DNA from: Bacillota bacterium
Lineage (GTDB): Bacteria; Bacillota; Clostridia; Peptostreptococcales; Anaerovoracaceae
DNA length: 64,000 nt
Reading direction: 5' to 3'
NCBI GenBank assembly: GCA_022769485.1
Contig: JALEJU010000032.1
Coordinates: 16,440-80,439 of the forward strand
Positions 55,351 to 63,952 of the stretch are shown here, piece by piece (the stretch's first letter is position 1; every line of letters starts with the position of its first letter). The notes beneath the pieces were generated by a model. The model had not been told where the DNA came from. It saw nothing but the letters and a program-made list of their open reading frames with translations, and made no database searches. The translations under genes and the position numbers were made by a program.

Positions 55351-55474
55351 ATTGTAGCGCGGTACTTTGCGGGGAACAGCAATAACGGTATAAAAGGCTA
55401 CGGAACCGCTTCCGGAAGCGACGATATAATCAGATCTCTGAAGGAAAGGGCATCCTGACCGTAAGAAAGGAAGT

Positions 55475-56929
55475 ATGAAAATGGCAGTTTATAATCCCAA
55501 ATCGAGAAAAGCAGAGGAATTTATCAATGATGCTGAAATTCTTGAAACCATTCGTTACGCGGAAGAAAACAAGAACAACATTCCGCTGATTGACAGCATT
55601 TTGGAAAAAGCGCGTCCTAAAAAGACCCCGGACGGCATGCACTGCGCAGGGTTGACACATCGGGAAGCATCTGTGCTTCTGGCTTGTGACATTCCGGAAA
55701 AAGTGAAAGAAATGTACGAATTGGCGGAAGAAATCAAGCTTGCGTTTTATGGAAACCGCATCGTTATGTTTGCGCCGCTGTATCTTTCCAATTATTGCGT
55801 AAACGGCTGTGTATACTGTCCGTACCATTTGAAAAATAAGCACATTGCCCGGAAAAAGCTGACCCAGGAGGAAGTGCGCCAGGAAGTCATCGCGCTTCAG
55901 GATATGGGACACAAGCGTCTGGCCATAGAAGCGGGGGAAGATCCGGTTAATAATCCCATCGAGTATATATTGGAGTGCATCAAAACAATATACAGCATTA
56001 AACACAAAAACGGAGCCATCCGCCGGGTCAATGTAAATATTGCGGCAACTACCGTGGAAAATTACCGCAAACTGCGTGATGCAGGAATCGGCACTTACAT
56101 CCTCTTCCAGGAGACATATCATAAAAAGAGTTATTTAGAGCTGCATCCTACGGGTCCCAAGCATGATTATGATTATCATACAGAAGCTATGGATCGGGCT
56201 ATGGACGGCGGAATCGATGACGTTGGTCTTGGCGTTCTGTTTGGATTGGAGCTTTATAAATATGAATTTGCCGGACTCCTTATGCATGCGGAGCACCTGG
56301 AAGCCGTTCACGGCGTAGGCCCGCACACCATCAGCGTTCCTCGGGTTAAACGCGCGGATGACATCGATCCGGAAATGTTCGATAACGGGTTAAGCGATGA
56401 ACTTTTTGAAAAAATTATCGCCTGCATTCGGATTGCCGTACCGTATACCGGAATGATCATATCCACAAGAGAAAGTCAGGCTGTTCGCGAAAAAGCGTTA
56501 TCCCTGGGCATTTCTCAAATCAGCGGAGCATCCAGAACATCGGTAGGGGGTTATACAGAGGAAGAACGACCCCATGATTCCGAGCAATTCGATGTTTCAG
56601 ACCAGCGTACACTGGATGAAGTTGTAAACTGGCTGATGAAGCTGGGATATATTCCTTCGTTCTGTACGGCGTGCTACCGGGAAGGACGAACCGGCGACCG
56701 GTTTATGAGCCTGTGCAAAAACGGCCAGATTCTGAACTGCTGTCATCCCAATGCGCTGATGACGCTGACAGAGTATTTGACCGATTACGCAAGCGAGGAG
56801 ACGAAAAAGATCGGTTTTGATTTAATTGAAGACGAACTGAAAAAGATTCCAAAGGAAAAAGTTCGGAAAATAGCGGAAGAAAACGTAAAAGATATTAAGG
56901 AATCCAATCGGAGAGACTTTAGATTCTGA
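55475..56929 (+). CDS. hydG: [FeFe]-hydrogenase maturase HydG (radical SAM tyrosine lyase)
   Basis: CVNGCVYC radical SAM motif, plus the C-terminal CX2CX22C auxiliary-cluster motif (CTAC, then 22 residues, then C). Confidence 0.9.
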   Translation: MKMAVYNPKSRKAEEFINDAEILETIRYAEENKNNIPLIDSILEKARPKKTPDGMHCAGLTHREASVLLACDIPEKVKEMYELAEEIKLAFYGNRIVMFAPLYLSNYCVNGCVYCPYHLKNKHIARKKLTQEEVRQEVIALQDMGHKRLAIEAGEDPVNNPIEYILECIKTIYSIKHKNGAIRRVNVNIAATTVENYRKLRDAGIGTYILFQETYHKKSYLELHPTGPKHDYDYHTEAMDRAMDGGIDDVGLGVLFGLELYKYEFAGLLMHAEHLEAVHGVGPHTISVPRVKRADDIDPEMFDNGLSDELFEKIIACIRIAVPYTGMIISTRESQAVREKALSLGISQISGASRTSVGGYTEEERPHDSEQFDVSDQRTLDEVVNWLMKLGYIPSFCTACYREGRTGDRFMSLCKNGQILNCCHPNALMTLTEYLTDYASEETKKIGFDLIEDELKKIPKEKVRKIAEENVKDIKESNRRDFRF

Positions 56930-56967
56930 TAAAATTTCTTAAGGAGAAGAATGCGTTTTATACGGCA

Positions 56968-56995
56968 GCCGGTCAGCCTAAGCTGACCGGCTTTT
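56968..56995 (+). terminator. intrinsic terminator after hydG
   Basis: GCCGGTCAGC pairs with GCTGACCGGC around a CTAA loop, followed by TTTT. Confidence 0.8.
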
Positions 56996-57049
56996 CGTAC
57001 GGAAAATTCCGGGTTTGACGCTTTTGATCCGGGCGATGGAACCCTAAAT

Positions 57050-57973
57050 TTACTTTTTTACCGCTAAGCAATAATTTACATTGTCAAAGGCTCGCATGGG
57101 ACGGTTCGGATTGACTTTGTTATATGCCGAAAAGTATTGCTGTGTAATCTGCTGCGGCGTCAGGTGTTCGTAAATCAGAAAGCCCGATTCTTCCAGCAAT
57201 CTTTCGAGCTGCGTATAAGACCAGCAGGACTGCATGGCTTCTTCCGCCCCGGCTGCCAGCAGAATCTGTTTTTTTACCCGGGAGCCGGCGTTCTCGTTAT
57301 AACTGCTTTCATCGGGATAGTCGAAAACGAGAGAACTGCCTTTCGGGAGAAGGGGCGTCAGTGAGGTAAGCAGGGAATGAACCGTGTTTTGATTCAGATA
57401 ATAGAGTATTCCTAAAAGGCTGCAAAAGCTGATTTTCCGTTTATCAAAAGCATCGCAGACTGTCAACGGATGAATCCGGTTTTCTTCTTCAAAATCAGCT
57501 GCGATGAAATGAACATTTTCCGGAATGGATATTCCCGCTTCTGACAGCCGCCGGCTTTTATCCTGCGCGCTTATAGGGTGGTCAATTTCAAAAATTCTCA
57601 AATTGGATGCCCATGCCGGCTGCCGATAGGCGAATGTATCCAGACCCGCTGCAAAAATCAGGTATTGAGAAGCGCCTGCGGCTACAGCGTTTTTCAAAGC
57701 ACTTTCCGCAAATGCCGATCTTCCCAGGGGAGAAGGGGACAGCTGGTTGTTCACGATCCAACGCAGCGCTTCCTCCGGGGTTCCGGAGAAAGCGGGATTA
57801 AAAAAGCTTATGCCCTGAGACATGTGATGGCAAATCTGCCGGTATTCTTCCGGGCGGAACAGCAGCTTTGCCACAGGATCGCTGAATATTTTGACTTGAG
57901 CCGTCTCGAAATGATAAGCTCTGGAGAATGCGCTGATCAGCGCTGTCATACTTTTTTCTTTCATATTCATCAT
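57050..57973 (-). CDS. class I SAM-dependent methyltransferase (LCMT / TIGR00027-like O-methyltransferase family)
   Basis: The N-terminus is TALISAFSRAYH...DPVAKLL, with GLDTFAYR and EIDHP motifs. The start could be any of three ATGs at 57964-57973. Confidence 0.75.
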   Translation of the reverse strand: MMNMKEKSMTALISAFSRAYHFETAQVKIFSDPVAKLLFRPEEYRQICHHMSQGISFFNPAFSGTPEEALRWIVNNQLSPSPLGRSAFAESALKNAVAAGASQYLIFAAGLDTFAYRQPAWASNLRIFEIDHPISAQDKSRRLSEAGISIPENVHFIAADFEEENRIHPLTVCDAFDKRKISFCSLLGILYYLNQNTVHSLLTSLTPLLPKGSSLVFDYPDESSYNENAGSRVKKQILLAAGAEEAMQSCWSYTQLERLLEESGFLIYEHLTPQQITQQYFSAYNKVNPNRPMRAFDNVNYCLAVKK

Positions 57974-58053
57974 ACCTCCGTATACTTAATACACGGAAAG
58001 TAAGAACGGTACAAGGCTTGAAATTTTACTGAAAATGTGGTAATATGAATATG

Positions 58054-58091
58054 AAAAAGACAGGAAATTTTTTTTATTTTCCTGTCTTTTT
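58054..58091. terminator. hairpin terminator downstream of bcp
   Basis: AAAAAGACAGGAAA pairs with TTTCCTGTCTTTTT as a perfect stem, with symmetric A and T runs. Confidence 0.7.
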
Positions 58092-58134
58092 CTATTTGAT
58101 TCAGGTAAATGCGTATCTGCCCGTCTGCCGGCGG

Positions 58135-58593
58135 TTACTGCGCCAGATATTCCAGAATTTCGGCAGCGTTTTTATCCGGTTTCACTTTACTCCAGATTTT
58201 TTCGATCATACCTTGTTCGTCGATGAGAAATGTGGTTCTGACCGTCCCCATAGTCGTTTTTCCGCATTGTGTTTTTTCCTGCCAGACTCCGTATGCTTCC
58301 AGGGCGGTGTGCTCAGGGTCTGCCAGAAGAATAAAGGGAAGTTCATGCTTGTCCGCGAATTTTTTATGGGACGCCGCAGTATCTTTGCTGATACCGATAA
58401 TCTCCACGCCTTGATCTTTATATGTGCCGTAAGCATCCGCAAAAGCGCAGGCCTGTTTCGTACAGCCGGAAGTATTGTCCTTGGAATAAAAATATACTAC
58501 GACTTTTTTTCCTGTAAAATCAGACAGAGACACTGCGTTTCCGTCTTTGTCCGGCAATGTGAATTCCGGTGCTTTCATTCCGATTTCCAGCAT
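58135..58593 (-). CDS. bcp: thiol peroxidase Bcp (peroxiredoxin)
   Basis: KAPEFTLPD...VVVYFYSKDNTSGCTKQA contains the peroxidatic Cys motif. Confidence 0.9.
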   Translation of the reverse strand: MLEIGMKAPEFTLPDKDGNAVSLSDFTGKKVVVYFYSKDNTSGCTKQACAFADAYGTYKDQGVEIIGISKDTAASHKKFADKHELPFILLADPEHTALEAYGVWQEKTQCGKTTMGTVRTTFLIDEQGMIEKIWSKVKPDKNAAEILEYLAQ

Positions 58594-58721
58594 AATAGAT
58601 TTCTCCTTTCGTGTATAGGGATTTGTTTAATCATATGGTCTCACAATATGTATGGAATTATTATAATCTGCGGGCAGCAGAAAAACAAGCCGAACGGCAG
58701 GGGAGCCGTTTCTGTTTTCCT

Positions 58722-60017
58722 TTAACGCAGAATAGCTATGCTTTGCCGCAGGCTGGGATCTGCCATGCGCGTGATGATGGCGGAGGCCTCCGTGCGGGAA
58801 ATGGTGGAATCCGGCAGAAATGCGCCCTGTGCATTGGAACCGGTAAGAATTCCGGCTCGGTAAAGACGGTAGACCGCGTCCGCGTAAGAAGCGGACGCAG
58901 AAACGTCGGGAATGGCGTTTGCGGAAATCGTATTGATCTGCATCAAAGCTTCTTCGGGAAGAGCGTTTGCGAAGATTTCCGCAAACTGCTCCCGGGAAGC
59001 GGCTTTGTTATAATCTTTGTATTTTCGCGGGAGAATGTCATTGTCCCATGCGTAATTCACATAAACCTGATACCATTCGTCGTCGGTCTGCACGAAGCTC
59101 TCGATTCCTGTGTAATAAATGCTGTGCAGACGGCAGGCCATGGCGATGGCTTCCGCAAGGGTGACGGTGCCGGCGGCGTTGAAGCAGGTGCTGCTGGAGC
59201 CTTTCATCAGCGCCAGATTATAGGCTGTGGTCACATTGTCGTAATACCATGCGGAGGGGGCGATATCTTCGAATTGACCGTAGTATTTATTGACCGTGAT
59301 AAAATTGTGCAGCCCGGCTCTCTGTTGTTTTTTTTCGCTTTCAGAGCCGCTTTCATCTGCCGCGAACGTATCGAGGTTGACTGCGGTATTGGCGTCGTAC
59401 AGCCAGATGTCATATCCGGAGTAGTAGTCGGAAAAAGCTTCGTATGTCCAGTAATCCAAAGTTATGCAGGGGTTGTTGTCGCCCCGGTAGCTGAAACTGT
59501 AAAAACCGGAATCGTCGCAGGAAATAAAGGTTACGGAATGTTTTCCGTCTACCCGGAGATGATCGCCGGCCTGACCGTATGTAAGAAGCAGCTGCCGGAG
59601 CGCTTCGGGCGTAAGGGCGCTTTTTCCGGTTATACTGCCCTCTGTTCCGTAGACAACATTGCTGACATAATAGCAATAGGAGCAGCAGCCCTTGGAGCCG
59701 CGGATATTTGCCGCATAGGTTCCGTCCGATACGGAGGTTACATACTCTCCGGAATTGGGGTAGGGATATTCTCCGCCGTTTACAGCGGAAAAATCAGATG
59801 TGAATATATAGTGCTGAATGTATGACTTTACGGTTTCCGCATCGGTGTCCGTTCCGCTGAAGCTCTGCTGATCGATGGCGTCCATCATATCGTCGATGCG
59901 GGGATCCGATGTATCGCATATGGTCGCGCTTGCCGCTTCTGCGTCAATTGCGGTGTATGCTGCCAAAGCAGATACCATGCATGCGGCCAGCAGTAAAGAA
60001 ACAAGTCTTTTTTTCAT
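58722..60017 (-). CDS. secreted protein with C-terminal SLH domains
   Basis: A signal peptide, an uncharacterised N-terminal region, then SLH-like repeats (FEDIAPSAWYYDNVTTAYNLALMKG, and IPDVSASASYADAVYRLYRAGILTG). Confidence 0.7.
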   Translation of the reverse strand: MKKRLVSLLLAACMVSALAAYTAIDAEAASATICDTSDPRIDDMMDAIDQQSFSGTDTDAETVKSYIQHYIFTSDFSAVNGGEYPYPNSGEYVTSVSDGTYAANIRGSKGCCSYCYYVSNVVYGTEGSITGKSALTPEALRQLLLTYGQAGDHLRVDGKHSVTFISCDDSGFYSFSYRGDNNPCITLDYWTYEAFSDYYSGYDIWLYDANTAVNLDTFAADESGSESEKKQQRAGLHNFITVNKYYGQFEDIAPSAWYYDNVTTAYNLALMKGSSSTCFNAAGTVTLAEAIAMACRLHSIYYTGIESFVQTDDEWYQVYVNYAWDNDILPRKYKDYNKAASREQFAEIFANALPEEALMQINTISANAIPDVSASASYADAVYRLYRAGILTGSNAQGAFLPDSTISRTEASAIITRMADPSLRQSIAILR

Positions 60018-60209
60018 GGAGAGCGCTCCTTTTCATTTCACAAGATTTTGTTTTATTCAAGGCATGGTAGAGTATATACTAAAAATCGATATACGGCAAG
60101 AAGGCTCCTCCGGATTCCGTATGGAAAAAGCCCTGTTTTCTTTTTAACTGCAAATTAGGATACCCTTTGTAGGCGTATATTTTCCCTTTCAATTTCCAAT
60201 CATTCCCGC

Positions 60210-60238
60210 TTGACTCTTTTATCGTATACATTTATAAT
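60210..60238 (+). promoter_or_regulatory. near-consensus sigma-A promoter driving the structured leader and tRNA-Ser
   Basis: TTGACT (60210-60215), a 17-nt spacer, then TATAAT (60233-60238). Confidence 0.7.
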
Positions 60239-60254
60239 ATTAAGGCATACTTTT

Positions 60255-60352
60255 GGAGATGTGCCGGAGCGGTAGCAACGAGCCGCCTTTGAAATCCATG
60301 GACGATGCGGCGGGGCGTCCCCGTGAAATCGTACGATTTCAGCGATATCTCC
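60255..60352 (+). ncRNA. cloverleaf-like tRNA-related element (not a canonical tRNA) within a ~210-nt leader
   Basis: An 8-bp closing stem, GGAGATGT pairing with ATATCTCC. A Ser-type D-arm-like GCCGGAGCGGTAGCAAC. A CCGCC/GGCGG stem encloses a 21-nt loop that starts TTTGAAA. The T-arm position is occupied by the perfect 18-nt palindrome TGAAATCGTACGATTTCA. There is no TTCRA loop and no CCA. Confidence 0.4.
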
Positions 60353-60466
60353 GGTTTGAAAGACTGAATATCAGTGAGTTCAGCCCTGTGGCTCCGCCGG
60401 GAAATTTCGGAAACGACGGTTGTTTATTTCCGGAGAGCGGCGGGAAATCAAGGCTTGAACATAGAT

Positions 60467-60554
60467 GGAGAGATGTCAGAGTGGTCGATCGTGCGGCACT
60501 CGAAATGCCGTGCCCTTTACCGGGCCCCGGGTTCGAATCCCGGTCTCTCCGCCA
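60467..60554 (+). tRNA. tRNA-Ser (anticodon CGA), CCA encoded
   Basis: Acceptor stem GGAGAGA/TCTCTCC. Anticodon stem CGGCA/TGCCG with loop CTCGAAA. A long variable arm. T-arm CCGGG-TTCGAAT-CCCGG. Discriminator G followed by CCA. Confidence 0.9.
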
Positions 60555-60556
60555 CA

Positions 60557-60594
60557 AAGCCCTTGAAAACGTTGAGTTTTCAAGGGCTTTTTTT
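60557..60594 (+). terminator. intrinsic terminator after tRNA-Ser
   Basis: AAGCCCTTGAAAA pairs with TTTTCAAGGGCTT, followed by TTTTT. Confidence 0.85.
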
Positions 60595-60731
60595 ATGCCC
60601 ATTTTGAAAGGACAAATAACAATGAGCTTTTTCAGTGGTTTATTCCGCTCAAGATATTCTTCACTGCACATTTGCTGGCGCTATGCATATATATTCAAAA
60701 CTTATCCCAAGGGTACTTTACAGGAGGAACA

Positions 60732-60950
60732 ATGAACGATATCAAGATACGCCCTGCTATGGACAAACCCAAGATCCTGAACCGGGATTCTGTCCCCAAG
60801 GAAGCGGGCAGCATCTGGTATTCTATCCGAATGACACCCATGTGGGGATCGTCGTCGGTTGGGATGAAAGCGGCAATATCCTCATCGTCCATTGTGCCAG
60901 CGGCTATAACACGGAAGCAGTTCATATCTCTCTTGCGATTGTTCTGTTGA
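60732..60950 (+). pseudogene. degraded remnant: a short N-terminal ORF piece joined out of frame to an NlpC/P60-like C-terminal fragment
   Basis: A good RBS (CAGGAGGA) precedes ATG 60732, which encodes MNDIKIRPAMDKPKILNRDSVPKEAG. In another frame, HLVFYPNDTHVGIVVGWDESGNILIVHCASGYN (about 60815-60910) resembles the His-containing C-terminus of NlpC/P60 peptidases common on conjugative elements. No intact ORF spans both pieces. Confidence 0.5.
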
Positions 60951-61079
60951 TTATGTATAATTTTCTTAATCAGACTTGTCGAGTCGAAGCCAAGGACTCA
61001 CCAAAACGAGAAGTCTGCGGCTTATTTCTTGCTTATGGGACATAAGCGGCTGACGCGAGATCAGAAAGGTAGTTCCGTA

Positions 61080-61337
61080 ATGAAGAAAAAAATACAATAC
61101 AACTGGATAGGAAGTATTCTGGTATTTCTGCTCGCCGTCATATGTGTGTTTTTCGTGGTACTGAAAAGCAACCAGGCATTTCTGTCCAAGCCGCCGCTCC
61201 AGATTTTTACCGGAGAATACAGTCGGGATGGAGAGACATGGTATCCGCTGGATGACAATGCCGATTTGGACGCGCTGGATGGAGACCTGTTCCTGCGGGG
61301 ACATCTCAGTTATGACAGCATTGCCGGGAGGACTTAA
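61080..61337 (+). CDS. 85-aa N-terminally anchored protein, possibly the detached N-terminal piece of the adjacent sensor kinase
   Basis: One TM helix, then about 55 extracytoplasmic residues. The stop lies 1 nt before the kinase ATG. A TTGCGA-17-TATAAT promoter lies at 60933-60961. Confidence 0.5.
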   Translation: MKKKIQYNWIGSILVFLLAVICVFFVVLKSNQAFLSKPPLQIFTGEYSRDGETWYPLDDNADLDALDGDLFLRGHLSYDSIAGRT

Positions 61338-61338
61338 T

Positions 61339-62649
61339 ATGCTCAGAATCAATACGATGATGGAACCCAACGTATGCCTGCTGCTCTTTGCGGCGGCGGT
61401 CACACTGTTCCTGCTGTCCGGTGCGTTGATGGACCGCACCCGGGAGAGGGCTTTTATGAAATTTTTTATTGCCCTGCTCATTGCAGCGATTTTTATGCTG
61501 CTGGGGGAGGCCGGACTGTGGTTTTTCAACGGAACGCCACAATATATCCCCATCTTGAAGCTATGCGCCTTTCTGTCCTTTGGCTGCGGTATAGCTGTGA
61601 ATGCGTTATTTGGCTACTGCTTGGTAGGGTATGTGCGGGAACGGGAAAAAGTTTCGTGGAAGTACGCCCACATCATTGCGGGAATCTGCGGCTCTTTTGG
61701 CCTGTTGGTAGTGATCTCCCTTTTCAACGGAATGCTGTTCGGTTTTGATGCCAACGGTATGTATACCGATGGCCCGTGGTACATCATTGTAGAGGTGGTA
61801 GACTTTGGTACGCTGATTTTGGAACTGCTGATGGTGGCATCCTATCGCGCAATTCTTTCCTTGAAGGGAATGCTGTCCCTGCTCACCTTTGGTATTTTGC
61901 CATTGCTGTCCATGTTAGTCCTGCCTTACTGGAATCCAACACCAATGTATATGGCTACCACGCTGTCACTGATCCTGATCCATAATCTGTTCCATGGAGA
62001 GCTGACTCGACAGTTGGCCGAGAAAGAGATACAGCTGGCCGACAGCCGCATCGCTATCACCCTCAGCCAGCTGCAGCCCCATTTTATCTATAATGTGCTC
62101 AATTCTATCTACCATCTTTGCGCACGGGATCCCAAGCTGGCCCAGGAGGCGGTTGACAAGTTCTCGGACTACCTGCGCAACAACATGAAATCCATCGAGC
62201 AGAAGGAGCCGATCCCCTTTGAAGAGGAGTATCAGCATATCCAGACCTACCTCTCCCTGGAAAAGATCCGCTTCAGAACGCTGGAGATCATCTACGATAT
62301 TGACATTGTCAACTTTATGCTGCCGCCTCTGACGGTGCAGCCGCTGGTGGAAAACGCCGTGAAGCATGGGGTGACCAAAAAGCGGGGCGGCGGAACCGTC
62401 ACCATCTCCACCCGGGAGACGGAGAATGCGTACCTTGTCATGGTCATTGATACCGGGATCGGCTTTGACCCCGAGCGGTATTCGGAGGACGGCAAGGTGC
62501 ATATCGGCATCCGCAATGTGCGGGAGCGGCTGCAAAACATGGTAAGCGGGACCCTTTCCATCACCAGCTCCCCCGGTAATGGAACCACGGCCGTGATCAC
62601 GATCCCAAAAAAGGAGGCGGACGGACATGAAAATCATCGCATTGGATGA
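61339..62649 (+). CDS. LytS/YehU-type sensor histidine kinase (multi-TM N-terminus, His_kinase and HATPase_c domains)
   Basis: Six to seven TM helices, then LSQLQPHFIYNVLNSI (the H-box of the LytS-type family), VENAVKHG and DTGIGF. GGGAGGA lies before ATG 61339. Confidence 0.85.
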   Translation: MLRINTMMEPNVCLLLFAAAVTLFLLSGALMDRTRERAFMKFFIALLIAAIFMLLGEAGLWFFNGTPQYIPILKLCAFLSFGCGIAVNALFGYCLVGYVREREKVSWKYAHIIAGICGSFGLLVVISLFNGMLFGFDANGMYTDGPWYIIVEVVDFGTLILELLMVASYRAILSLKGMLSLLTFGILPLLSMLVLPYWNPTPMYMATTLSLILIHNLFHGELTRQLAEKEIQLADSRIAITLSQLQPHFIYNVLNSIYHLCARDPKLAQEAVDKFSDYLRNNMKSIEQKEPIPFEEEYQHIQTYLSLEKIRFRTLEIIYDIDIVNFMLPPLTVQPLVENAVKHGVTKKRGGGTVTISTRETENAYLVMVIDTGIGFDPERYSEDGKVHIGIRNVRERLQNMVSGTLSITSSPGNGTTAVITIPKKEADGHENHRIG

Positions 62650-63397
62650 CGAGGAACTGGCTCTGGAGGGGCTGATGGATGCAATCCGGGCGTGTGCGCC
62701 GCATGCGGAGCTCCACGGCTTTTCCTACGCCGAGGATGTGTTGGAGTTCATCGAAGCTCACCCCTGTGACGTGGTCTTTCTGGATGTGGAGATGGCCGGT
62801 CTCAATGGCGTGGAGCTGGCGGAGCAGCTCAAGCTGCGCAATCCGGACGTGAACATCATCTTTGCCACCGGCTTTTCCCGCTACCAGGGCAGCGCCTTTG
62901 ACCTCCACGCCAGCGGCTATCTGATGAAGCCCATCACAGTGGAAAAGGTGAAGAAGGAGCTGGCCAATCTGCGCCGCCCGGTACCGGAAGAGAAGCGCAT
63001 GCAGGTGTGGTGTTTCGGGAATTTCGAGGTCTGGCTGGACGGAGCGCCCCTGAAGTTCAAATATAGCAAAACAAAGGAACTACTGGCCTATCTGGTCGAC
63101 CGGAAGGGCGCCCTTTGTACCAATGGCGAGATCATCGCAACGCTGTTCGGTGACGACAATCATGAGGCTTATCTGCGCAGTCTCCGGAAGGATCTGCTGG
63201 ACACGCTGGAAGCGGCAGGCTGTGCAGATGTCATCACCCAGCAGCGGAGCAGATTGGGCATCGTGCCCCAGGCCATCCGCTGCGATTACTACGACTGGTG
63301 CGCCGGCAAACGGATGGGAAACCCCTATCTGGGGGAATACATGGCGCAGTACAGCTGGAGCGAATATACCAACGCGGCACTGCAGCAGATGACTTGA
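62627..63397 (+). CDS. response regulator: receiver plus C-terminal winged-helix (SARP/BTAD-like) output domain
   Basis: The receiver has DVVFLDVEMAG and GYLMKP. The output has FGNFEVWLDGAPLKFKYSKTKELLAYLV. It overlaps the kinase gene by 23 nt. Confidence 0.8.
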   Translation: MKIIALDDEELALEGLMDAIRACAPHAELHGFSYAEDVLEFIEAHPCDVVFLDVEMAGLNGVELAEQLKLRNPDVNIIFATGFSRYQGSAFDLHASGYLMKPITVEKVKKELANLRRPVPEEKRMQVWCFGNFEVWLDGAPLKFKYSKTKELLAYLVDRKGALCTNGEIIATLFGDDNHEAYLRSLRKDLLDTLEAAGCADVITQQRSRLGIVPQAIRCDYYDWCAGKRMGNPYLGEYMAQYSWSEYTNAALQQMT

Positions 63398-63526
63398 AAA
63401 GCAGAACAGAACGGGGCAGGAAGCTTTTTGATTTCCTGCCCTGTTTTTTTGTCTGTGTGCAACGGTTCTGCAACGGTCGGATTGGTAAAATTACAACGTA
63501 AATATCTTGGGATGGGAAGTGATGCG

Positions 63527-63904
63527 ATGACATTTGTGGCAGTGGATCAAAACCGGGAAAGGCTTGCGGAGCTGACGAGGCTGCTTCTGGAGGCCTTTCC
63601 GGGCAGCGTGATCTACCAGCATACCAACCCGCTGAAAGCGCCGAAGGATGTGCGCGGCAACCGCGTGGACGCGGTTTTCGCGCAGCTTGACCCGGAGGAT
63701 CCGGCCGGTGCGGCGCTGCCCCACATGCTCCACCTGGAAAAGGCAGATCTGCCGGTGTTTCTCCTGACCGATGCTGAGGCAGGAGGCAGACCGAGCCCTG
63801 CGGCGGACTGTCTTGCCCGACCGCTCTCGGCAGAACTGCTGCGGGAGAGACTGAGCGGGGTCCTGCAGCCTGACATGTCCGGACTGCAGCAGGCCTGTGT
63901 ATGA
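63527..63904 (+). CDS. stand-alone degenerate receiver-like domain protein
   Basis: About 125 aa with a receiver-like layout (FVAVDQN...DAVFAQLD...VFLLTD...ARPLSAELL). The start could be 63512 or 63527. High local GC makes ORF evidence weaker. Confidence 0.45.
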   Translation: MTFVAVDQNRERLAELTRLLLEAFPGSVIYQHTNPLKAPKDVRGNRVDAVFAQLDPEDPAGAALPHMLHLEKADLPVFLLTDAEAGGRPSPAADCLARPLSAELLRERLSGVLQPDMSGLQQACV

Positions 63905-63952
63905 AGAACATTTCCATGATCTGATAACGAGCAAAATAAGGAGGAATGAATA

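Noticed and set aside
58045-59825. Plus-strand ORFs 58045-58725 (226 aa) and 58611-59825 (404 aa)
   Set aside because: They are antisense to the clearly recognisable bcp peroxiredoxin gene and the SLH-domain protein gene. Their translations are Cys-, Gly- and Arg-rich low-complexity sequence with no motifs.
60255-60352. Calling the cloverleaf-like element a functional tRNA-Ser(UGA) or tRNA-Sec because of its 8-bp closing stem
   Set aside because: It has no T-loop (TTCRA), no CCA, and no proper discriminator context. The anticodon helix encloses 21 nt rather than 7. The D-stem pairs only 2 of 3 positions. No UCA anticodon sits in a 7-nt loop on either strand. I kept it only as an unexplained tRNA-related RNA.
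60253-60735. 160-codon plus-strand ORF spanning the structured leader and tRNA-Ser
   Set aside because: It reads straight through a canonical tRNA-Ser gene and its terminator. It has no RBS spacing, since GGAG abuts the ATG, and its translation is low-complexity. It is an artefact of an RNA-coding region.
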